Assembly (NCBI GenBank): GCA_963675245.1
Contig: OY775910.1
Location: forward strand, 1,152,001-1,216,000
Source of the DNA: Acholeplasmataceae bacterium
GTDB lineage: Bacteria > Bacillota_I > Bacilli_A > Acholeplasmatales > Acholeplasmataceae
DNA: 64,000 nt
Direction: 5' to 3'
Shown here piece by piece: positions 35,112 to 45,887 of the stretch. The notes beneath the pieces were generated by a model that did not search any database, was not told the DNA's origin, and was given only the letters and a program-made list of their open reading frames with translations. Position numbers and translations under genes: made by a program. Positions within the stretch are counted from its first letter, which is position 1, and every line of letters starts with the position of its first letter.

Positions 35112-37766
35112 AATGACTTTATATATTTCTACAAATATGAGTGGTAAGATGGATAATCCGATAATGATTAACCAGTTTATACCCGTTAATTGAACAAGAC
35201 CAAATATGTTTCTACCGAATGGTAATAAGACAACCATTAATTGTAGGAATACACTCACTAAGAATGCATAATAAATGTATTTATTGGATTGTAATGAGAA
35301 CACAGAAGCTGTTTGACTTCTCACGTTAAATGCGTGTACTAATTGTGATAAGGCTAAGACCATAAATGTCATCGCTTCTGCAGTGACTTCTTCAAAACCA
35401 GTTGGCGCGATTTGCCAACCGATAAAATAGGCACTAAACGCAATTAAACCAATCATCACACCTTGAATAGCAATCATCTTACCTAAGCCGTTAGCAAAAA
35501 TGGATTTAGAAGGATCTCTTGGTTTGTTGTCCATGACATTTTTTTCACGTGGCTCTAAGCCTAACGCGATTGCCATCAGTGAATCGGTGACTAAGTTGAC
35601 CCATAAGATTTGAACAGCAGTCAGTGTTGTTACTTGACTACCAAAGATAAAAATACCTAATGACGTGCCTAAGAAGATCGCGACAATTTCACCAATATTA
35701 CATGAGAGTAAGAAGTGAATCGCTTTTTTAATGTTAGAGAAGATAGTACGTCCTTCACCAACAGCAGTAACAATGGTTGTGAAGTTATCATCAGTTAAGA
35801 TCATATCTGCGGCACCCTTAGCGACTTCTGTACCTGTAATGCCCATCGCAATCCCGATATCGGCTCTTTTTATGGAAGGGGCATCATTGACACCATCTCC
35901 AGTCATCGCGACAATTTGACCGGCTTTTTGCCACGCCTCAACGATTCTCACTTTGTTTTCTGGACTGACACGTGCATAAACTCTGATGGATGGTAGTTTA
36001 GACATAAACGTATCATCGTCCATATGATCTAAATCTTTACCAGTGATAGCGAGTTCACCTTCACTTAAGATCTTTAAATCTTTTGCGATGGCGATGGCGG
36101 TATTAATATGATCACCTGTAATCATGATCGTTTTAATACCTGCATTGACACAAACGTGAATCGCGTCTTTAACCTCCGGTCTTGCAGGATCTATCATACC
36201 GACTAAACCTACTAAAGTTAAGTCTGTTTCCAGATCAGCATGTTTTAAATCTTCAAGCTTTCTGTTTTTATCGATCTTTTTATAAGCGACTGCTAAGACA
36301 CGTAACGCTTGATTAGCCATATCTTGATTCGCTTTTTCATAGGTTGATAAGTTTTTGATATCATCTTTATCAATTGCTTTTGTCCGAGAGAAGATGACAT
36401 CTGGTGCACCTTTAATGACGGCGTATCTGCCATCTTTAAAATCATGTACCGTCGTCATGAGTTTTCTTTCGGAATCAAAAGGAAGTTCATAAATTCTCGG
36501 GTTTTGTTTAAACGTTTCAATCGGTGGTTGTTTTAAGATAATCGCTAAATCAATAAATGCGATTTCTGTCGGATCACCAATTTTCACAAACGATTTATTT
36601 TTCATCGATACTTTTGTATCATTACATAACACACCAAATTTAGCAAGTTCATTCAATGTTTCATTTGATGTCGTACTTTGATTAATATCTGTTTCACCTA
36701 AATGAGTAAACACTTTTGTGACAGTCATTAAGTTTTGCGTTAATGTACCAGTTTTATCTGAACAAATAATCGCTGTAGAACCTAATGTTTCAACTGCTGG
36801 TAATGTTCTAATAATTGCTTGTTTTTTCACAAGGTTTTGCATACCTAAAGCTAAGACAATCGTAATAATCGCAGGTAACCCTTCAGGGATAGCTGCAACA
36901 GCTAACGCAATTGATGTAAGAAGTGCTTCTCTAAAGACATCGAATGCGAGTTCACCTGTTGTAATATAGGCTTCAATCATCGTTATCGCAAAAATAACAA
37001 TAACAATACCTAACGCGATAAAAGCGAGCGTTTTACCGAGACTTGCCATACTCTTTTGAAGCGGGGTTTGACTATCTTTCGTTTCTGTTAACATGGTTGC
37101 TATTTTACCGAGCTCAGTGTTCATACCAGTTGATACAACAACCGCACGACCTCTACCATAAGTCACAACCGTACCCATATATCCAAGATTGGTTCGATCA
37201 CCTAAGGCAACCTCATCTGCATCAATCGCATCAGTCGATTTTTGGACAGGGACTGCTTCACCAGTTAATGTCGATTCATCGACTTTTAAATTAATAGATT
37301 CTATGAGTCTTACATCTGCAGGCATATAATCACCTGCATCAAGTATGACGATATCACCTACGGTTATGTATTTGACATCAATCAATTGTTCTCTACCATC
37401 TCTCAAGACTTTCGTTTGAGGTGAGGAAAGTGCTTTAATAGAAGCTAATGCCTTTTCAGCACGTGATTCTTGAACTAAACCTAACACAGCGTTAATTAAC
37501 ACGATTGCGATAATTAAAAACCCCTCCGCCACTTCATGTGTTATAAAGGAGATAATACTCGCCGCGAGAAGAATATAAATCATAAAGTCATTGATTTGAT
37601 CAAAGAACTTTAAGATTAAAGGTCTTTTCTTTCCTTCATCAAGTTGATTGATACCATGTGTTTCAAGTCTTTGTTTTGCTTCCTTATCACTTAAACCATG
37701 CTGATTATTGGCTTGATAGTGTTTAATACTTTCTTCAATTGTCATCTGGTGATTAAATTTTGCCAT
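35097..37766 (-). CDS. Cation-translocating P-type ATPase (type IIA, Ca2+-like)
   Basis: TGE, IPEGLP, DKTGTLT, KGAPD, DPAR, TGDGVNDAP, QILWVNLVTD. Confidence 0.94.
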   Translation of the reverse strand: MAKFNHQMTIEESIKHYQANNQHGLSDKEAKQRLETHGINQLDEGKKRPLILKFFDQINDFMIYILLAASIISFITHEVAEGFLIIAIVLINAVLGLVQESRAEKALASIKALSSPQTKVLRDGREQLIDVKYITVGDIVILDAGDYMPADVRLIESINLKVDESTLTGEAVPVQKSTDAIDADEVALGDRTNLGYMGTVVTYGRGRAVVVSTGMNTELGKIATMLTETKDSQTPLQKSMASLGKTLAFIALGIVIVIFAITMIEAYITTGELAFDVFREALLTSIALAVAAIPEGLPAIITIVLALGMQNLVKKQAIIRTLPAVETLGSTAIICSDKTGTLTQNLMTVTKVFTHLGETDINQSTTSNETLNELAKFGVLCNDTKVSMKNKSFVKIGDPTEIAFIDLAIILKQPPIETFKQNPRIYELPFDSERKLMTTVHDFKDGRYAVIKGAPDVIFSRTKAIDKDDIKNLSTYEKANQDMANQALRVLAVAYKKIDKNRKLEDLKHADLETDLTLVGLVGMIDPARPEVKDAIHVCVNAGIKTIMITGDHINTAIAIAKDLKILSEGELAITGKDLDHMDDDTFMSKLPSIRVYARVSPENKVRIVEAWQKAGQIVAMTGDGVNDAPSIKRADIGIAMGITGTEVAKGAADMILTDDNFTTIVTAVGEGRTIFSNIKKAIHFLLSCNIGEIVAIFLGTSLGIFIFGSQVTTLTAVQILWVNLVTDSLMAIALGLEPREKNVMDNKPRDPSKSIFANGLGKMIAIQGVMIGLIAFSAYFIGWQIAPTGFEEVTAEAMTFMVLALSQLVHAFNVRSQTASVFSLQSNKYIYYAFLVSVFLQLMVVLLPFGRNIFGLVQLTGINWLIIIGLSILPLIFVEIYKVIKKRG

Positions 37767-37853
37767 TGTAGACTCCTAAAATGTATTGATCATACTCTAT
37801 TATTCTATCATATTGATGATAGGCACTCAAACAAAAAAGGGTTGTCAACAACC

Positions 37854-38639
37854 CTAAATATTTGTATATTTGTTTTTGATATCGTATAGTATAGAAATCA
37901 ATAATGCAGTAGAGACTAAACCAATAAGTCCTAGTAACAGACTAGCTTGGTTAACGATTTGATAAAGTGCCTGAGGTATATAACCATTTTGTGTGCCTTG
38001 ATCAAATAGACTCATTAACAGGGATATGCCAGCAAGCACAAGCGATATCCAACTAAGCACAATGACTTTAGAAGGATTTGCTTTCTTATAGATGTTCTCT
38101 GCCTCTAGGTTTTCTTTTAATTCTCTTAAAAACGAAATGGTTATCAACATGAGCCACACGACTAACGCAGTAAGTCCACCAAACAATAACATGAGGAATA
38201 ATCCCAAACCAGGCATCACAAACAACACACCAACCATACCGATAAATCCAAACAGTAGTGCAATAATTGCGATAACCAATGCTATTTTCATATAAACTTT
38301 CGCATAACCAAACCATTTTGCTGTGTTCGTCGCATTAATTTTACGTGCACTTAAATAGACACCTAAATAAAACAATGGTACTAGTGCACTTAAGATCAAA
38401 GCTATATAAAAAATAAAATTAAAATCTGATAAATTAACCGTTTGATTTTCAACTGTGACTACAATATCTGCTGAAATAAATTGAATCATGATGAATGCAG
38501 ATATGCCAAATGATATCACTGATAAAATCATTAACAGTAACGCTTTAGTATCACCCAAAATCGTCATTAAAGCATGTTTAGATTTTGCTGAATACTCTTT
38601 TAAAAGAACAGACTCGTCTTGCTTAAACTCATCGAACAT
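37854..38639 (-). CDS. Hypothetical multi-pass membrane protein
   Basis: 261 aa with ~6 TM segments. SD GAGGGG upstream. Confidence 0.75.
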   Translation of the reverse strand: MFDEFKQDESVLLKEYSAKSKHALMTILGDTKALLLMILSVISFGISAFIMIQFISADIVVTVENQTVNLSDFNFIFYIALILSALVPLFYLGVYLSARKINATNTAKWFGYAKVYMKIALVIAIIALLFGFIGMVGVLFVMPGLGLFLMLLFGGLTALVVWLMLITISFLRELKENLEAENIYKKANPSKVIVLSWISLVLAGISLLMSLFDQGTQNGYIPQALYQIVNQASLLLGLIGLVSTALLISILYDIKNKYTNI

Positions 38640-38679
38640 ATAAATACCCCTCTATTTTGTGTTTTCTTATATTATAGCA

Positions 38680-39885
38680 TTATTTTTCTCTTAGTAAAGG
38701 CATTGTCATACATCTTGGTCCGCCACGTCCTCTTGATAGTTCAGATGACTTAATCGTAATGGTCTTAATACCATGTTCTTTTAATAACTTATTTGTTATT
38801 ACATTTCGTTCGTAAACGACAACGAGACCCGGTTTAATCGAAAGAGCGTTCGCTGCATCACTCCATTGTTCTCTATCAGATGAGATTTTAGAATCGCCAC
38901 CACAGGGAATCATCGTGACTTTTTCCCCTAAATATCTAGAGAATACTTGCGCGAGTGTCGCATGTCTTTCATTAATATATAATCGACCAGGTTTGCCATC
39001 TTTTTTAATTTCATAGATATTTAAAGGTTTTAAAAAAGCGTGATGAATTAAAAATTTAGCGTGATCAACCTGCGTAAGAATTGTATCTAAATGCATAAAT
39101 GTTCTCTTTTTAGGAAGATCAATTGCGAGTATTGTTTTCGCCTCAGTTTGCTCAAATAAACGGTTAGCAAGTATTTCGATTGCTTCCGGTTCAGTGCGTT
39201 CACTCAAACCTATAGCGATTGTATCAGCATTTAATAACAATATATCGCCACCTTCTAAAGCAAACTCATCGGCTCTTTCATACACATGTTTAGTCTCTTT
39301 ATAATCAGGATGATAATTAAAGATATATTCACCATAAATGGATTCACGTTGTCTCGCTTGTTTAAACATATGATGCAAAGATACCGTATCAAAAATGATA
39401 CTAAATGGGTCTCTTGTAAAATACAAATTAGGCATTGGTGCAGTAATAAAAGGATAATCTCTAATATAATCTTTTAACCCGTGTTTTCTAAAGGGTTTAA
39501 ATTGTTCTTTAACGATGCCTGACATCGTGCGTTTAACCATATCTTTTGTAGGTAACGTATTTAAATAATTAAAGATTTTTTTCATCGCTTGTGGATGACG
39601 AATATTAGATTCTAATATAAATTGATGAATGAATTTCTTCTTAATTTGTGGATCCACTAAACTCTCTACAACCAAATCAATGAGATAAACGACTTCAACG
39701 CCCTCTCTTTGCAATTGGGCGACAAAAAAATCATGCTCTTCCTGAGCATTTTTAAGCCAAGGGATGTCATCAAAGAGAAGTTCATTCAACCATGTTGGTG
39801 TCAAGTTTGTTAGTTCATCACCAGGGCGATGAACTAAGACACGTTTAAGTGATTTAATTTCTGAGTTAACATAAAGTTGTTTCAT
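38680..39885 (-). CDS. arcA: Arginine deiminase
   Basis: HRPG, LLFDDIP, PMPNLYFTRD, LEGGD, FMHLDT, SELSRGRGGPRCMTMP. SD GGAGG precedes ATG 39885. Confidence 0.94.
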   Translation of the reverse strand: MKQLYVNSEIKSLKRVLVHRPGDELTNLTPTWLNELLFDDIPWLKNAQEEHDFFVAQLQREGVEVVYLIDLVVESLVDPQIKKKFIHQFILESNIRHPQAMKKIFNYLNTLPTKDMVKRTMSGIVKEQFKPFRKHGLKDYIRDYPFITAPMPNLYFTRDPFSIIFDTVSLHHMFKQARQRESIYGEYIFNYHPDYKETKHVYERADEFALEGGDILLLNADTIAIGLSERTEPEAIEILANRLFEQTEAKTILAIDLPKKRTFMHLDTILTQVDHAKFLIHHAFLKPLNIYEIKKDGKPGRLYINERHATLAQVFSRYLGEKVTMIPCGGDSKISSDREQWSDAANALSIKPGLVVVYERNVITNKLLKEHGIKTITIKSSELSRGRGGPRCMTMPLLREK

Positions 39886-39987
39886 ATTGACCTCCAAGAT
39901 AAGTATAACACATAAAAAAGCACCCTAAAAATCGGTTATCTATCTTGCATATTTGATATAATAAATATAAGTTAGGTGGAGATAAAC

Positions 39988-41154
39988 ATGAAGAAATTAA
40001 AAATCGGTTTATTCATAGATACATATTTTCCTATGGTAGACGGTGTCGTCATCGTTGTTCATAACTATGCATTAAGGCTGAGCAAAGTTGCAGATGTCAC
40101 AGTGTTCGCCCCAAAACCTAGAGATAAAGACTATAACATCGATCTTCCATATAAAGTCGTTAGATGTCATCGGATGAAAGTCCCATTTACTGATTATGAT
40201 TTAGGAACACCTGTATTTGACCATCAATTTAGAAAAACATTAAAACAGTCTGAACTTGATATTGTCCATATTCATTCACCATTTGAGGTGGGTAAAATCG
40301 GCGTAAAATATGCGAAAAAACATCACCTACCTATAGTTGCGTCTTTGCATAGTCAATACAAGAAAGATTTTTTAGACCGTACGAATTCTAAACTTATCAC
40401 GCATATCGCTTTAAAACAACTCATTAGTCTACTCAATAAAGCGGATTATTTTTGGGCGGTTAATCAAAAGGTTGCAGATATATTTTTAACTTATGGGTTA
40501 AAAGAATTACCTGATGTTAGTTATAATGCGACAGATATGGTGTTCAATGACGATGATAATGCTGTTGAAGCGCTACGTAAAGCGATTAAAAAGAATGAGG
40601 ATGACCATATATTCTTGTTCGTTGGACGGATTGACTTTATCAAGAATCTTGATTTTCTGATGCGTAGCCTTCACGTCTTGCATCAACAAGATTTTCCATT
40701 CCAAATGGTATTTATTGGTAGTGGCCCACATGAAAAAGCAATACAAAAGATTGCTGAAAAATCAGGCATGTCAAAACGTGTAAGATTTGAAGGTCGTATT
40801 ACAGACAGAGTCAAACTCTCGCTATATTATCGAGCTGCTGATCTCTTTGTATTCCCATCTACTTATGATACCAATTCACTGGTTCAAATTGAGGCAGCCA
40901 GTCAAAAGACACCATCCATTTTTGTTGAACATAGTGCCACCTCATATATGATAAAAAATGATGTCAATGGTTATATTGCTGCTGCTGATATCCACGCTTT
41001 TGCAAATAAGATAATTAACATATTCAAAGATCAAGATACCTATCAGAAAGTATGTGAAAATGCTTATCAAACTGTCTATCATTCATGGGATGAAGTGGTT
41101 GGAAAAGCATATGAAAGATATCAGTTAATGGCTGACAAAACGAAGGGCGATTAA
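39988..41154 (+). CDS. GT4 family glycosyltransferase (possible glycolipid synthase)
   Basis: KIGLFIDTYFPMVDGV, HIHSPF, FVGRI..IKN, ADLFVFPS.YDT.SLV.IEAA. Confidence 0.85.
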   Translation: MKKLKIGLFIDTYFPMVDGVVIVVHNYALRLSKVADVTVFAPKPRDKDYNIDLPYKVVRCHRMKVPFTDYDLGTPVFDHQFRKTLKQSELDIVHIHSPFEVGKIGVKYAKKHHLPIVASLHSQYKKDFLDRTNSKLITHIALKQLISLLNKADYFWAVNQKVADIFLTYGLKELPDVSYNATDMVFNDDDNAVEALRKAIKKNEDDHIFLFVGRIDFIKNLDFLMRSLHVLHQQDFPFQMVFIGSGPHEKAIQKIAEKSGMSKRVRFEGRITDRVKLSLYYRAADLFVFPSTYDTNSLVQIEAASQKTPSIFVEHSATSYMIKNDVNGYIAAADIHAFANKIINIFKDQDTYQKVCENAYQTVYHSWDEVVGKAYERYQLMADKTKGD

Positions 41155-41226
41155 GCCCTTTCTTTTTACTTGCATATCACATTTAAAAGCGTATAATTGA
41201 AATACACCCTAAAAGGAGATGATCAG

Positions 41227-41736
41227 ATGGCAGATTTAAATCCATCTTTAAAAAAAGAAACACTGTTTCAAATCAGTATTGATCGACTGATTGAACGTGG
41301 TGTCAACATGCAAGATATTGCAGAAATTACATATGATTTACAAAAGAAGTATATCCCTGATTTGACGATCGAGTTATGTTTAGAACATGTCGAAAAAGTA
41401 CTCATGAAACGAGAAGTGCAACATGCTTTAATTACAGGGATTGAACTTGATGTTTTAGCTGAAAAAAACTTACTTAGTGAACCACTATTAACGATGCTTA
41501 AAACAGACTATAGTTTATATGGAATTGATGAAATTATGGCACTATCGATTGTTAACGTATATGGGTCAATTGGTTTTACCAATTTCGGTTTTGTTGATAA
41601 AATGAAGTACGGAATTATTAAAAAGCTTGATGATGAGGGCAAACAAACAGATAAATGTCACACATTTTTAGATGATATCGTAGGCGGGATTGCTGCTGCT
41701 GCAGCAAGCTCTTTAGCGCATCGGTTTGGGAAGTGA
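41227..41736 (+). CDS. Phosphatidylglycerophosphatase A family (YutG-like)
   Basis: [45 protein letters not shown]. Confidence 0.85.
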   Translation: MADLNPSLKKETLFQISIDRLIERGVNMQDIAEITYDLQKKYIPDLTIELCLEHVEKVLMKREVQHALITGIELDVLAEKNLLSEPLLTMLKTDYSLYGIDEIMALSIVNVYGSIGFTNFGFVDKMKYGIIKKLDDEGKQTDKCHTFLDDIVGGIAAAAASSLAHRFGK

Positions 41737-41740
41737 TGAT

Positions 41741-42166
41741 ATGGATAAAAAAGAGTTAAAGAAGAAATTGACACCACTACAATTTCATGTGACACAAGAA
41801 AACGGAACAGAACACCCTTTTAAGAACGAATACTGGGATCATTTTAAAGAAGGTATTTATGTCGATATTGTATCTGGAGAACCACTCTTTTCAAGTTTAG
41901 ATAAGTTTGATAGCAGTTGTGGTTGGCCAAGCTTTGCAAAACCACTCCAAACAGTGAATACCAAGTTAGATAAATCACATGGCATGCATCGTACCGAGGT
42001 AAGAAGTAAAGAAGCAGATAGTCATTTAGGTCATTTATTTCCTGATGGGCCACTAGAACTTGGTGGATACAGATATTGTATCAACTCAGCATCTCTTCGT
42101 TTCATTCCAAAAGAAGATTTAGAAAAAGAAGGGTATGCTAAATATTTAGCACTATTTAAAAAGTGA
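41741..42166 (+). CDS. msrB: Peptide-methionine (R)-S-oxide reductase
   Basis: [36 protein letters not shown]. Confidence 0.95.
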   Translation: MDKKELKKKLTPLQFHVTQENGTEHPFKNEYWDHFKEGIYVDIVSGEPLFSSLDKFDSSCGWPSFAKPLQTVNTKLDKSHGMHRTEVRSKEADSHLGHLFPDGPLELGGYRYCINSASLRFIPKEDLEKEGYAKYLALFKK

Positions 42167-42284
42167 GCGTATAGCTCATTTTTTTGTAACCAAAAAGTAA
42201 AAATGAAAGACATTAAAAATAATCTCTAAAAGTCATGCTATAATGTAACCAGTTATTTGCAAAAAAAGGTCATAGGGAGAAAAT

Positions 42285-43892
42285 ATGAAACTAGATTATA
42301 AAAAGACGATATATATCGGACTCGCATTTTTTATTATCACGATTTTCTGGCAAACATATGATAACATCATTGCTAAAATCATGATTGATAAGTTTGGTCT
42401 AAACCAAACTGCATCAGGCGTCATTATGGCACTTGATAATGTCTTGGCATTGTTTATGTTACCTTTATTTGGAGCGTTATCTGATCGCTCTAATCGTAAA
42501 AAAGGTAGAAGAACACCGTTCATTATTGTGGGTACAATCATTGCCGCATTTGCGTTTATGGGACTTTCCTTTATGGATAGTTATCAAACGAAGCTCGTTG
42601 AAGACTCAAATGCGAATATTATCTCATTATATGATAATTATCGTGATGATGAAGATAGAAGATTAGAGTCTTTCTGGGTCGATATTCTTGATGACATGGA
42701 CATAGAAAGAACCGCACAGCTTAATAGTGATAACATTTCACAAGCAACTTATGATCGTTGGAAAACCAACACATACGATCAAATTAACGCGATTTTAGTT
42801 GAAAATACATCGACAGAATTATCTGTTGGTGATATGGCGTATTTAAGTGATTATTATCAAACGTACCTATCAACGCTTGCGTGGGAAGAAACAGTCGCGA
42901 ATCCTGTTAATTTCGGAGTGTTTGTCACGGTTTTACTTGTTGCATTAGTCGCGATGAGTACATTTAGATCACCGGCGGTATCTTTAATGCCTGATGTGAC
43001 GATTAAACCACTCAGAAGTAAAGCGAATGCTGTCATCAATTTAATGGGCGCAGCTGCTGGGACGATTTCACTTGTTTTACTAACAGTTTTAGGGTTATCA
43101 GGCAGATCTTATGTACACTATACACTGGCATTTGTGTTAGTAGGTGTTATCATGTTAATTACCCTCTTGATTTTCTTATGGAAAGTCAAAGAACCTAAAC
43201 TGGTACAAGAAAAAATTGATCTAGAAAAAGCATTAGATTTAGAAGAAGATGAAGATGATTCGCATGATATTCATCAGCTTCCTAGAGATAAGAAGATATC
43301 ACTCATTCTTATTCTTTCATCAGTATTCCTTTGGTTTATGGGATATAATGCAATTATTTCTAAAGTATCAGATTATGTGCCTCACGTCTTACAATTATCA
43401 TCGTTTACATTACCGTTATTAGTCGCGAATGTGACGGCGATTATCGCATTTATTCCAATTGGTATTATCTCAACTAAGATTGGACGTAAAAAATCTATTC
43501 TTATCGGTATCGTATTACTTGCAATTTGTTTTGGATCAGCAACTTTCGTTAACGAAGATACAGGTTGGATAATGTATATTGTCTTCGGTTTAACTGGTAT
43601 TGGATGGGCAACCATTAATGTTAACTCATATCCGATGGTCGTAGAACTCGCAAGAGGGTCTAATGTCGGTAAATATACAGGATATTATTATGCATTCTCT
43701 ATGGCGGCACAAATCTTAACACCAATCTTATCAGGTGTCTTTATGGATTACGTCTTTAGAACAAGACTCGTCTTATTCCCATACGCAGCAATCTTTGTCG
43801 CGTTAAGCTTTATCACGATGTATTTCACTAAACACGGTGATGCAGTGATTCCTAAGAAATCATTACTAGAAAGTTTTGATGTAGAAGATTAA
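42285..43892 (+). CDS. MFS transporter (MalT/SLC45-like) with a large loop insertion
   Basis: PLFGALSDR, GRRTPFI, FRSPAVSLMPD, RSKANAVINLMG, GKYTGYYY. Confidence 0.85.
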   Translation: MKLDYKKTIYIGLAFFIITIFWQTYDNIIAKIMIDKFGLNQTASGVIMALDNVLALFMLPLFGALSDRSNRKKGRRTPFIIVGTIIAAFAFMGLSFMDSYQTKLVEDSNANIISLYDNYRDDEDRRLESFWVDILDDMDIERTAQLNSDNISQATYDRWKTNTYDQINAILVENTSTELSVGDMAYLSDYYQTYLSTLAWEETVANPVNFGVFVTVLLVALVAMSTFRSPAVSLMPDVTIKPLRSKANAVINLMGAAAGTISLVLLTVLGLSGRSYVHYTLAFVLVGVIMLITLLIFLWKVKEPKLVQEKIDLEKALDLEEDEDDSHDIHQLPRDKKISLILILSSVFLWFMGYNAIISKVSDYVPHVLQLSSFTLPLLVANVTAIIAFIPIGIISTKIGRKKSILIGIVLLAICFGSATFVNEDTGWIMYIVFGLTGIGWATINVNSYPMVVELARGSNVGKYTGYYYAFSMAAQILTPILSGVFMDYVFRTRLVLFPYAAIFVALSFITMYFTKHGDAVIPKKSLLESFDVED

Positions 43893-43902
43893 AAAAAACG
43901 CA

Positions 43903-44646
43903 TTAAGCGTTTTTTCTAGGTATGAAGTATTCAAAGACGACATTATCATAATGTGACTTCACAAAATCAAATTCATCTTGAGATCGAGCGGCGTAACTGA
44001 TTACAGTTAGGCCCTTTTTCTTTTGTTTATCTACGTGCTTATTTGGTAGGTTGTGTATATAATAACTGATAAAATCGGGTTTAGTGACACGATTGAAAAG
44101 GAGTCGTTTCATCAAAAACTTCATCGGTCTTTTTAAGTTTGTATCATCTTCAAAATAGGCCGAGATTTGTCCGCGAATCACGTTTGGATAGTTTTTCTTA
44201 AACCACAAGACGGCAGCGGGATGAAACGAAAACATTGCCCAAGTACCTTGGTAGTGCTTCATGATACTCATAAATAATTCACAAAGTTTTTTGATATTAC
44301 CCATAGGTTTTAATTCAATAAGAAGAGGTACTTTTTTGTCAACTAAAGTTAATAAATCGATAAGTCTTGGAATTTTCTCTTCAGATATCAGTAATTTTAA
44401 ATCCTTAATTTCATCATAAGTGACTTGAGATAATTCTTTATTTAATCCGGTTAAACGTTTCAGATTATGGTCATGAAAAACAACAATCTCATTATCTTTC
44501 GTCAAATTTAAGTCACATTCAATGGCATATCCTTGGTCTATAGCTAATTTAAATGCAGCTAAAGAATTTTCCGGAATTGCACCATTTTCTTTATATAAAC
44601 CACGATGAGCTATCAATGCATCTTTAAGCCATGTTAGATCTTTCAT
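43903..44646 (-). CDS. Glycerophosphodiester phosphodiesterase
   Basis: IAHRG, PENSLAAF, IECD, VVFHD, LIELK, SFHP. Confidence 0.9.
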   Translation of the reverse strand: MKDLTWLKDALIAHRGLYKENGAIPENSLAAFKLAIDQGYAIECDLNLTKDNEIVVFHDHNLKRLTGLNKELSQVTYDEIKDLKLLISEEKIPRLIDLLTLVDKKVPLLIELKPMGNIKKLCELFMSIMKHYQGTWAMFSFHPAAVLWFKKNYPNVIRGQISAYFEDDTNLKRPMKFLMKRLLFNRVTKPDFISYYIHNLPNKHVDKQKKKGLTVISYAARSQDEFDFVKSHYDNVVFEYFIPRKNA

Positions 44647-44656
44647 ATATTAACCT

Positions 44657-45238
44657 CTAGAATATGTAGTAAACAGCAATACCTAAAACAGCAGATAATC
44701 CAACTATAAGTGCGGGAGAAGATTTTTTCTTAAACAATAAAATAAAGCCAACAACAAATACCAATATAATAAGGTTTCGCCATTCAAACAGACTAAAGTC
44801 AAACATGAAATCAGATAAGTGAATGCCAGGCAATATAAGTCTTAAACCAAGGGCGATTGCAACACTGATAATCAAACCAATCACTGCAGGTTTCAATCCC
44901 ATAAAAGCATGTTCAGCAATTTCTGATTGTAAGAATTTACCGCCTAACCAAGCGATTAAAAGAATAATGATAAACGATGGAAGAATGACACCTAAAGTCG
45001 CTGCTAAAGCACCTAAAATACCTAATTGATGCGTACCAATAAACGTCGCCATGTTCACTGCTATCGGGCCAGGTGTCGATTCAGCAACGCCAATCATATC
45101 ATATAGCATATTGACATCAAGGTAACCGCCACCGACAAGTGATTCTTCAATGAGTGGAATCATCGCATACCCACCACCAAAGGTGAATAAACCTATTTTA
45201 AAGAACATCCAGAATAAGTTCAGTAACTCAAGAAACAT
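44657..45238 (-). CDS. Short-chain chromate transporter (CHR) subunit 2
   Basis: FFKIGLFTFGGGY, ESTPGP. SD GGAGG precedes ATG 45238. Confidence 0.88.
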   Translation of the reverse strand: MFLELLNLFWMFFKIGLFTFGGGYAMIPLIEESLVGGGYLDVNMLYDMIGVAESTPGPIAVNMATFIGTHQLGILGALAATLGVILPSFIIILLIAWLGGKFLQSEIAEHAFMGLKPAVIGLIISVAIALGLRLILPGIHLSDFMFDFSLFEWRNLIILVFVVGFILLFKKKSSPALIVGLSAVLGIAVYYIF

Positions 45239-45797
45239 CTTCAGATACCTCCTTATTTGTAAAGAATACACCAACAATTATACCAATCACTGCGGATACT
45301 AATAAAATATATATCACAGATATATTTGTGAAAAAGGCAATCCCAAAAGCTGTAACCAATATGATATAGGATAACGCATTAAAGTGGATTTTCTTACCTA
45401 GCTTAATGGCCGCTTTAAAGATTAATACGGCAACACCAACTTGAATACCATAGAAAGCATACATGACTGCTTCAATTTCCTTAAACTGATAAAACACTAA
45501 CGAAATTAAAGAGATAATGATAAAAGAAGGAATCGTCACTGCTAGAGTTGCGACTAAAGATCCCCAAAACTTCCCGATTTTATAGCCGATAAAGGTCGCT
45601 GAATTGATAGCGAATACGCCAGGTGTCGATTCCGATATGACGAGCATTTTTAAGACATCATCGTCACTAACCCACCCTTTTTTATCAACGACTTCTTTAT
45701 GCATAATAGGCATCATGGCAAGTCCACCCCCAAAAGTGAGTGCACCAATTTTTAAAAATGCCCAAAAGAGTTGTAATAATTTATGTTTATCTTCCAT
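45228..45797 (-). CDS. Short-chain chromate transporter (CHR) subunit 1
   Basis: FLKIGALTFGGG, ESTPGV, IPSF. Confidence 0.88.
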   Translation of the reverse strand: MEDKHKLLQLFWAFLKIGALTFGGGLAMMPIMHKEVVDKKGWVSDDDVLKMLVISESTPGVFAINSATFIGYKIGKFWGSLVATLAVTIPSFIIISLISLVFYQFKEIEAVMYAFYGIQVGVAVLIFKAAIKLGKKIHFNALSYIILVTAFGIAFFTNISVIYILLVSAVIGIIVGVFFTNKEVSEDVS

Positions 45798-45887
45798 GTT
45801 TAAACCTCTCTAGGGTTTATTATAGCATGAAAAAAGCAAGTTAATAACGAGCTATGCTATAATGTTTATGGAAAAGGACGGATACGT

